A stretch of 64,000 nt of DNA. Origin: an uncultured Verrucomicrobiae bacterium (GTDB lineage Bacteria > Chlamydiota > Chlamydiia > Chlamydiales > Rhabdochlamydiaceae). Each line of letters starts with the position of its first letter. Within the stretch, counting starts at the first letter, position 1. Location of the stretch: the NCBI GenBank assembly GCA_963718565.1, contig OY970364.1, forward strand, positions 1,613,802 through 1,677,801, written 5' to 3'. Positions 56,970 through 64,000 of this stretch are shown one piece after another. Made by a program: the position numbers and the translations under genes. The notes under the pieces are model-generated. The model searched no databases. It was not told where the DNA came from and was given only the letters and a program-made list of their open reading frames with translations.

Positions 56970-58853
56970 TCAGATAGGCAATTTGATGTTGGCTGGCACA
57001 TTTTCAAAATGGGGAACGACTTTCTTCGCTTTGCTATAATCGCGAGCCACCGGTTTCAAGTAACGCAGGTCAACAGGGAGGTAACTGATCACAGGCTCGT
57101 CTTGATTCGGATCATATGTTGCCAGGGTGGTTTTCAACCAGTTTTGATCTTCGCGCTGAGAAAATTCAGGTTTATAATGCGAACCTCGGAACTCATCGCG
57201 CAACAATGCGCCTTTTGTGATCACGAGCGCAATTTCTAGCATGGGACCAAATTGACTCGCAAAAGCATACGTTTGATTGACAGTAGAGCCGCGGTCATCG
57301 AGACTGATCTGCTTGTAGCGTTCTCGAATTTCTTTAATTAGATTCACTGTTTTTTTCAGATCGGCATTATTGCGCTTCACCGTGACGTTCTTGATCATCA
57401 CATCTGCAAGCTCATCGTGCAATCGGTGGACGTTTTCCTTTCCTTCTCGTGTCATCAAATCCTGTTTCAAAGTCTCTTCACTAGTCAGTGCGTCCGCAAA
57501 TAGGCGCGAAGGTAAGTTGCCGTAACTCGCGCTCAACGTTTCGAGATAACGAGGAACTTCCATTCCTGCGACAAGCCCGCCAAAAATGCAAGAAAGCAAA
57601 GAGTTGGCGCCAAGACGATTAGCCCCATGATACTGAAATTCTGATTCGCCAACGTTAAAACAGCCTGGAATATTGGTCATTTGTCGAAAACGCTGCATGC
57701 GATCAGGATCATCTGCCGCCGGCCAGTCGACCCAAGCGCCTCCCATCGAATAATGGACAGCAGGAAAGATCTTCATCGGAACTCGGTGGGGATCGTCACC
57801 TGTAAACTTCCGATAGATATCGAGGACCGATTCAATCTTATGTTGAATTTTAGCAGAAAGATGAGAGACGTCGAGATAGACCTGCATGCTGCCATCGATG
57901 CCAAGGCCGAGCTCGCAAATGCGCAAGACCTCGCGAGCGCCAATGTCGCGTGGCACAAGGTTGCCAAAGGCAGGGTACATCTCTTCGAGGAAATACCACG
58001 GCTGTCCAGTAAGACCGCAAGGAATCGTTCTCCCATCTGGGGCCATGATCGATTTTGAGGAGTCGCCATAGACCCAAACTCTTCCCCCCTCGCCGCGTGC
58101 TGACTCCGAGATTAAACGCAATTTATCTTCGCCAGGGATCGCCGTCGGATGGATCTGGATGAATTCCCCATTGGCGTATTTCATCCCTTGCATATAAAGA
58201 CGACCATTGGCAGCCCCGGTGCAAAAAGTCGAGTTAGTCGATTTTTTAAAAATAAGACCTGGACCGCCGGTCCCAAAAACAACAGCATCCGCTTTCAATA
58301 CATCGAGCTTTAAATTGTTGAGGTCCATGATCACGATGCCGCGCGCGCACCCTTCTTCATCGAGAACAAGTCGCATAAATTCGTGATGTTCAAATTTTTC
58401 GACTTGCCCGTGTGCTTCATAGCGGCGGACTTGTTCATCTAAGGAATAAAGCAGCTGTTGCCCCGTGGAAGCACCACAAAAAGCTGTACGGTGATAGAGA
58501 GTTCCTCCAAATCGACGAAAATCAACATTACCTTCGGGAGTTCGGTTGAAAGTGCAACCAAATCGATCCAGCATTCGAATGATCCCCGGAGCAGCAAGAC
58601 ACATCTCGAGCACAGGGGGTTGATCGGCGAGGAAATCACCTCCCTTAATTGTATCGTAAGCATGAATGAGCGGTGAGTCTTCCTCATTTTTTAAATTCAT
58701 CGCGGCATTGATTCCGCCTTGAGCACATACAGAATGGGATCGTTTGACTTTCGTTACGGAGACGATCTTGACATGACATCCATTTTCAGCCAGTTTCATT
58801 GCACAGCTTAAGCCCGCAAGGCCTCCGCCAACTACGATGACTTCTTTTCCCAT
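56970..58853 (-). CDS. sdhA: Succinate dehydrogenase flavoprotein
   Basis: GGGLAG, SHSVCAQGG, QIHPT, SESARGEG, HYSMGG, HGANRLGANSL. Confidence 0.98.
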   Translation of the reverse strand: MGKEVIVVGGGLAGLSCAMKLAENGCHVKIVSVTKVKRSHSVCAQGGINAAMNLKNEEDSPLIHAYDTIKGGDFLADQPPVLEMCLAAPGIIRMLDRFGCTFNRTPEGNVDFRRFGGTLYHRTAFCGASTGQQLLYSLDEQVRRYEAHGQVEKFEHHEFMRLVLDEEGCARGIVIMDLNNLKLDVLKADAVVFGTGGPGLIFKKSTNSTFCTGAANGRLYMQGMKYANGEFIQIHPTAIPGEDKLRLISESARGEGGRVWVYGDSSKSIMAPDGRTIPCGLTGQPWYFLEEMYPAFGNLVPRDIGAREVLRICELGLGIDGSMQVYLDVSHLSAKIQHKIESVLDIYRKFTGDDPHRVPMKIFPAVHYSMGGAWVDWPAADDPDRMQRFRQMTNIPGCFNVGESEFQYHGANRLGANSLLSCIFGGLVAGMEVPRYLETLSASYGNLPSRLFADALTSEETLKQDLMTREGKENVHRLHDELADVMIKNVTVKRNNADLKKTVNLIKEIRERYKQISLDDRGSTVNQTYAFASQFGPMLEIALVITKGALLRDEFRGSHYKPEFSQREDQNWLKTTLATYDPNQDEPVISYLPVDLRYLKPVARDYSKAKKVVPHFENVPANIKLPI

Positions 58854-58862
58854 CTTAAGTCC

Positions 58863-59891
58863 TTAGAGACGTTCTCTTAAATTAATCCAATAAGTTCCCC
58901 ATACAGCAATCAATCCGAGGAAGAGAAGAACTGCCATAAAAACAATGGAGACCATCACCCATGCTCTTTGTGCGGCCATTTTTAGCACCCATCCCCAAGT
59001 GATGAGAAATGTCCAAAACCCATTGCAGGCATGAAAACAAGCTGCAATGACAAAAATTGTGTACAGCGCAATGTAAATAGGATTTTTAAAAGTATTGCGC
59101 ACCGCTAACAGTGACGCTGTGCCAAATTCTTTAGCGCAAGCAATGACATGTCCTGGAGACAACTTTTCTGTTTCTAGCGCTTGTACAAAATTGAGATGCG
59201 CTTGGTAGTTTTGTGCGGATCCTAATACGAGTGCTTTTTGCGAGTTATACTCTTGTGCTACAGGCCCTGTCCAAGGGTTAAACTTTTCTCCTTCTATCCT
59301 CTTTGCAACTTCTAACAAAGTTCGCTCTTTGCCACGCGCATCCAGAGCGACTCTTTCCTTTGCGACTGCATTCGCGTCAAAGAGAACAATATTCAGGCGA
59401 TCTGCCAATGTGTAAAGCCCATTGTCCATCGAAATGTCCACGAGATACACTGTCTGATCACCTACATGAACCTTATTCGGATATTCTAAAAATCGAAATT
59501 TTGCGACGTGTAAAACGATCCCAATCAGCAAAATCCATGACGTGATGCGCTGCCAAGTATAGGCTTGATTGCGTCCTAAAGGTAAATGAGGCGCGCTCCC
59601 ATCGCTGCGGTTGCTATTAAATCTCGCAGTCAACAAATACTTCACTCCCCAACAGGCATGAATGAAAATCGGTACTCCAATCAACATGATTTCAATCACT
59701 TCGAGATAAGGCAGATTGTGAATGGCGTTGACCATTTCGACAAAACCTTTCCCATCATCCCCAAGCCAAAGGGCAGCCTGCGAATTGGTAAGCAAGTGTT
59801 CCATTAAAAACAGCACAATCCAAAGGCCCATCAAGGAATGGATTCTTCGCCAGATAAATGCCTTGGGTATTGCAGCAGACGCTACAGTCAT
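58863..59891 (-). CDS. sdhC: Succinate dehydrogenase cytochrome b subunit (single-anchor type with a long central loop)
   Basis: RRIHSLMG, EHL, IHA, WQRITS, FHACNG. Confidence 0.9.
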   Translation of the reverse strand: MTVASAAIPKAFIWRRIHSLMGLWIVLFLMEHLLTNSQAALWLGDDGKGFVEMVNAIHNLPYLEVIEIMLIGVPIFIHACWGVKYLLTARFNSNRSDGSAPHLPLGRNQAYTWQRITSWILLIGIVLHVAKFRFLEYPNKVHVGDQTVYLVDISMDNGLYTLADRLNIVLFDANAVAKERVALDARGKERTLLEVAKRIEGEKFNPWTGPVAQEYNSQKALVLGSAQNYQAHLNFVQALETEKLSPGHVIACAKEFGTASLLAVRNTFKNPIYIALYTIFVIAACFHACNGFWTFLITWGWVLKMAAQRAWVMVSIVFMAVLLFLGLIAVWGTYWINLRERL

Positions 59892-59968
59892 GAAAAAATC
59901 CTTAAGATAAAACGGCTTTATACCCAAGTTGTCTCAAAATTTGGGTATACATTCGATGATTAACACTT

Positions 59969-60150
59969 GAGGGAATTGCAAAACTCCTCGCCGCATAAAA
60001 TCGCGCTTTTGGCACCTGTCGCCTTGGCGGCGGCTCTCCTACTTATCCAAGTATGCTTTCGCCGCCGCCAACCGAACCCGCTGTGCGTGTTCTGGCAACA
60101 GGTGCCAAAATCATCGATTTTCTGCTGGCGAGGGATTTTGCAATTTCCTC
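59969..60150. mobile_element. Family E MITE, complete (182 bp)
   Basis: GAGGGAATTGCAAAA..TTTTGCAATTTCCTC; ACTT duplicated at 59965-59968 and 60151-60154. Confidence 0.85.
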
Positions 60151-60164
60151 ACTTGTTTTACAAG

Positions 60165-60944
60165 TTATATCACTTTAGAAAAAGAAAAAAACGCTTCCGC
60201 ATTTTTCACAGTGGCCAATGCGAGTTTTTCAAGTGAAATTCTCTTAGCGTGAGCAATGATCTGCGCTGTTTCTTGAAGATAAGAGGGTTCATTCCTTTTG
60301 CCACGATGACTTTGTGGAGCAAGATAAGGAGAATCTGTTTCGATGAGCAATCGATCCAATGGAACATATTGCGCGACTTCCCTCAATCCTTCCGATTTTT
60401 TAAATGTCACAATGCCGCTAAGAGAGAGATACCATCCGCGATCTAAAACAGCTTTTGCTTCTTCAAGAGTTCCCGTGAAACAATGTAGAACTGCAGGAAA
60501 GCCGTGATATTCTTGATCTGCCATTGAAAAAAGGTCCGTAAAGGCATCTCGGCAATGAAAGATGAGTGGAAGTTTCACCTGTGTTGCGAGCGAAAAGTAC
60601 AACGATAGGTATTTCTGTTGTTCTTCACGGTTGGAATGCTCATAAAAATAATCCAATCCTGTTTCTCCAATCGCAATTAATTTTCCTTCCACAGCACAGC
60701 GCTCGACAAGAGGAAAAAAGGATGCCCCTTCGAGTTCCACATCATGCGGTGTCGTCGCGGCAGCATTAAAGACCCAGGGGTAATTGCCCCGCAGCAACAG
60801 CCCTTCTTTTAAGCTATTTTCATCCGTGCAAATATTGACGATTGTGCAGATCCCTTTTTCTTGTGCGCGACCCAACACGCCCTCGATAAGAGGAAGAATC
60901 TGTTCCGATGTGAGATGGGCATGCGTGTCAATAAACTGCATCAA
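60165..60944 (-). CDS. tatD: TatD-family hydrolase
   Basis: DTHAH, GETGLD, HCR, HCFTG, ETDSP. Confidence 0.95.
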   Translation of the reverse strand: MMQFIDTHAHLTSEQILPLIEGVLGRAQEKGICTIVNICTDENSLKEGLLLRGNYPWVFNAAATTPHDVELEGASFFPLVERCAVEGKLIAIGETGLDYFYEHSNREEQQKYLSLYFSLATQVKLPLIFHCRDAFTDLFSMADQEYHGFPAVLHCFTGTLEEAKAVLDRGWYLSLSGIVTFKKSEGLREVAQYVPLDRLLIETDSPYLAPQSHRGKRNEPSYLQETAQIIAHAKRISLEKLALATVKNAEAFFSFSKVI

Positions 60945-60962
60945 AACCCAGGTTGTAAATAT

Positions 60963-61127
60963 TAGACCTCTTGCATAACCTTATTTACCTGCTAAAATCG
61001 CCCTTTTTCCGGCCTTTTGATCCTCTGCTGCATCGCCTACTTCCTTAAGTATGTCTCGCAGCAGAGGATCAAAAGGCCGGGAAAATCATCGATTTTTTCA
61101 AGTAAAGCAGGTTATGCAAGAGGTCTA
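60963..61127. mobile_element. Family L MITE (165 bp)
   Basis: 18-bp perfect TIR TAGACCTCTTGCATAACC; internal 23-bp stem CCGGCCTTTTGATCCTCTGCTGC; TSD reads as TA or ATT. Confidence 0.85.
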
Positions 61128-61362
61128 TTTAAGCGGGCTTATACCGTTCAGCATACACTTCACCACAGTTTTTATGCACCCTTCCATTCGCAGAGCTATG
61201 GCTTTGTTGCATAAATGTTTGAATTTTACCACAGGGAATTGCAAAACTCCTAGTCACTAAGGGTGATATATTTATGTTGAAATAATGGGGCAAGCTAAAT
61301 TTTACTCATTGCATTGAGTGAAATTACTCAGTATATTGAGTAAAAAAGATATTAAGAGCCTT

Positions 61363-62559
61363 ATGCAAAAGCGACCCATCTTCTCCGAACTTATCAAGCG
61401 CCTTCAAGAGCCGCGTGGGTTTATTCAAGTTTTACTCGGACCGAGACAGGTAGGAAAAACTACGTTGGCATTGCAGGTCTCAGAAGTCATTAAAAGGCCT
61501 ACACACTATATTTCGGCAGATTTAGCCACATTGCAAAATTTGGCATGGATTCAGCAACAGTGGGAAGTCGCAAGGAGTAAAGTTGCCTCATCTGAGGGTG
61601 CATTGTTAATTATCGACGAGGTGCAAAAGATTCCACATTGGTCAGATGCGATTAAGGCGCTTTGGGATTATGACACACGAAATCAAATCAATTTATCGGT
61701 GATGATTCTTGGCTCTTCTCCTTGGTTGATGCAAAAAGGATTGTTCGAAAGCCTAGCGGGCCGTTTTGAGATTATTCCAATCACACATTGGTCGTTTGGA
61801 GAAATGCATGAGCTTTTTGGGTGGACTTTAGATAAATACCTTTATTTTGGAGGATATCCAGGCGCTGCTTTATTAGCTGATGAAGATGATCCCTCGCGTT
61901 GGGGATATTACATCAATGAATCACTGATTGAAACAACGATTTCACGGGATATTCTTTTAATGACTCAGGTTAATAAGCCAGCTTTGCTGCGACGGCTATT
62001 TCAATTAGGCTGTAACTATTCTGGGCAGATTCTTTCGTATTCTAAAATGTTAGGTGAACTGCAAGAAGCCGGAAACACAACTACTTTGGCCCACTATCTC
62101 GATTTATTGTCAGGCGCAGGATTACTCAGTGGCATACAAAAATTTGCAAAACAGCAAATAAGGCAAAAAGCATCTAGCCCAAAATTTTCTGTACTTAATA
62201 CAGCCCTAATGTCGGCCCTATCGGGAAAAACTTTTAAACAGGCTCGCGAAGATCATGTTTTTTGGGGAAGACTTGTCGAATCTGCTATAGGAGCTTATCT
62301 TTTGAATGCTACTCGAGGCACACAAATAGAAGTTTTTTATTGGCGAGAAGGGGACAAGGAAGTTGATTTTGTTCTTAGCCGTGGAAATTCCATTACGGCA
62401 ATTGAAGTCAAAAGCGGAAAAGAATCCATAAATAATTCAGGAATTGATCTTTTTGTCAGCAAATTCAAGCCAGAGCGTATTTTGTTGATTGGGAATCAGG
62501 GCATATCTATTGAACAATTCTTATTAACCCCTCTTTCAAATTTTATATCCAAGATCTAA
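61363..62559 (+). CDS. AAA_14 ATPase with DUF4143-type C-terminus
   Basis: GPRQVGKTT, IDEVQ, LGSS, SLAGR, GGYP, EVDFV..AIEVKS. Confidence 0.9.
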   Translation: MQKRPIFSELIKRLQEPRGFIQVLLGPRQVGKTTLALQVSEVIKRPTHYISADLATLQNLAWIQQQWEVARSKVASSEGALLIIDEVQKIPHWSDAIKALWDYDTRNQINLSVMILGSSPWLMQKGLFESLAGRFEIIPITHWSFGEMHELFGWTLDKYLYFGGYPGAALLADEDDPSRWGYYINESLIETTISRDILLMTQVNKPALLRRLFQLGCNYSGQILSYSKMLGELQEAGNTTTLAHYLDLLSGAGLLSGIQKFAKQQIRQKASSPKFSVLNTALMSALSGKTFKQAREDHVFWGRLVESAIGAYLLNATRGTQIEVFYWREGDKEVDFVLSRGNSITAIEVKSGKESINNSGIDLFVSKFKPERILLIGNQGISIEQFLLTPLSNFISKI

Positions 62560-63447
62560 AGGAATCTGATAGGTCAGAGAAACATCGATTTTGACGACTT
62601 CTTCATGAGACAATTTGCGCACATGCGAAAAATCGCAGCGTGAAAAAGCTTTGGGCTTTTTGAGAATATCAATCAAAATATAAGGGGCAACTGTGATAAA
62701 TTCATATCCATGGACAAAATCAGTCCCGTTGAAATCATGAGAAAATTCTTCTTCGATTTGTGCTGTCCAATCCCGCTCCCAATTATGACTCCAGCTCACG
62801 ACCTTTCGAATGAGCTGTTCTTTAGTCCTTACCCAACTATAATGATGAAACATCGGATTGCCATCATTGCCAAGCATTCTCTTCGTCTTATTTCCGGGAA
62901 TCTCATCGTAGATTCCAGACCTTTCCAGCTCCGTCATTAAAAGGGTGCCATCCAAGATCTCTTTTTTCACTAAGAGCGGAGAATTTTCCCAAGTTTTAGC
63001 CTGCAACCGGCTTTCGCGAAAATACCAATAATTGCAAAACCGAATTGCCTCATAATCAGGATATGGAAATATCTTTAGCCACTCGGAAAAGCGCGGAATG
63101 TCTGCGATCTCATCGCAATCCAGGAAAAAAGCATAACGGATATCACTTTTAAGAAAAAATCTTCCAATCATTCGCGCTAAATTATGCCAATACACTGAAG
63201 AATGGGATCCATATAAACTTTTGTCTGGATCGAAAGGGAACTCAATAAACTGAACATCAGGATGTTCAGCATAAATCCGATCCAGCGTTTCACGGTCTTC
63301 TTTCTTGCCATCAAAAAAATGGTCGCAAACAGGAATAATCACTTGTGCCGAAACGGGTTTTATGGAATCGATGCAATGACGCAAAAAAGGGTAATCGTTG
63401 CTGCAGAAGTTAATGACTGTGCCGAGAGGCGCCAAGCATGAGTTCAT
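62536..63447 (-). CDS. GT-A/GT2-like glycosyltransferase
   Basis: FLDCDE (DxD), HHYSWVR. Confidence 0.65.
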   Translation of the reverse strand: MNSCLAPLGTVINFCSNDYPFLRHCIDSIKPVSAQVIIPVCDHFFDGKKEDRETLDRIYAEHPDVQFIEFPFDPDKSLYGSHSSVYWHNLARMIGRFFLKSDIRYAFFLDCDEIADIPRFSEWLKIFPYPDYEAIRFCNYWYFRESRLQAKTWENSPLLVKKEILDGTLLMTELERSGIYDEIPGNKTKRMLGNDGNPMFHHYSWVRTKEQLIRKVVSWSHNWERDWTAQIEEEFSHDFNGTDFVHGYEFITVAPYILIDILKKPKAFSRCDFSHVRKLSHEEVVKIDVSLTYQIPLDLGYKI

Positions 63448-64000
63448 ATTCGATCTGTCTTTTAAAAGCTTCTTTTTTGCTCACCATAATGACATTGGGA
63501 AAGCGATGCAAGCCCTTTAAATGCTCTTGATAAGACAGATCCGCGACATGAGGAACAGGCTCGATTAGGGGGTCAAAACTAGGCTCTACTTCGCGATAGC
63601 GATAGCAGCGGATAAAATCTTTACCATTAAAAGGGCGAGAAAATTCTTCCCGAATGAGACGTTTCCAATCCCGTTCCCAATAATGTCCCCATGAAGTAAA
63701 TTTTTTAATCAATTCTTCTTCCGTCCGTACTCCGCTGTAATGGCGAACCATCGGAGCGCCATCGCAACCGTGCACGCCAGGATCTTTTTTACCGGGAAGA
63801 GATTGAAAGACTCCCATCCTTTCGTCTTCATCCCACAAAACATGGGGTTCCATTGCCGTTTTTTTGACAAGTAAACTCAAGTCAGCGCACGTCAGCGCTT
63901 CATATTTGGCTTCGCGGAAATGCCAGAGTCCTGCAAACCGATAGGCAGAATGACCTTTAAAATCTGCTTTTGTGAGCCAATCCTTGAAACGCTCACTATC
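63410..64000 (-). CDS. Paralogous GT2-like protein, 5' part lies outside the window
   Basis: Frame is open to the window edge; RHYSGVR..KFTSWGH..RDW..EEFSRPFNGKDF parallels the downstream gene. Confidence 0.65.
   Translation of the reverse strand, partial: DSERFKDWLTKADFKGHSAYRFAGLWHFREAKYEALTCADLSLLVKKTAMEPHVLWDEDERMGVFQSLPGKKDPGVHGCDGAPMVRHYSGVRTEEELIKKFTSWGHYWERDWKRLIREEFSRPFNGKDFIRCYRYREVEPSFDPLIEPVPHVADLSYQEHLKGLHRFPNVIMVSKKEAFKRQIEYELMLGASRHSH

Noticed and set aside
56295-57239. 314-aa plus-strand ORF
   Set aside because: Antisense to sdhB/sdhA with no motif; codon-pattern shadow
61363-62559. AAA_14/DUF4143 gene as a defence system
   Set aside because: Common solitary gene; no partner nuclease or methylase nearby
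1-64000. CRISPR array or cas genes
   Set aside because: Repeats are dispersed palindromes, not regularly spaced direct repeats with unique spacers; no cas motifs seen

Overview
A 64 kb chromosomal segment from an environmental Chlamydiae-like bacterium. That assignment rests on a TLC nucleotide translocase, a DUF2709-like gene, eukaryote-like F-box proteins, and the chlamydial-type gene neighbourhoods sohB-polA-coaE-rho, dnaB-mnmG-lplA, DUF2709-tsaE-dnaQ, ispF/cysJ and sdhCAB-tatD. The backbone is housekeeping genes plus candidate host-directed effectors (F-box/ANK/CBM20-like, F-box/WD40, PI-kinase-like). The striking signal lies between and inside genes. About ten families of short inverted-repeat elements (MITE-like) are present, many with readable target-site duplications of 2 (TA), 3, 4, 7, 8 or 9 bp, and several are nested inside one another. 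One sits in frame in tsaE and adds 75 codons. Others rewrite the C-termini of the translocase, MurA and an ATP-grasp protein. A structurally conserved module of about 70 nt recurs inside four different repeat families. Two intact IS elements are present: an ISAs1, and a 2033-bp unclassified Mutator-like IS with a probable -1 frameshift that splits an F-box/WD40 gene. There are also IS630 and GxxExxY remnants, tRNA-Ser(GCT) and a degenerate tRNA-fMet-like sequence. No CRISPR array or rRNA was seen. All calls come from motif reading by eye; no database searches were run. Repeat family letters (A-M) are my own labels.
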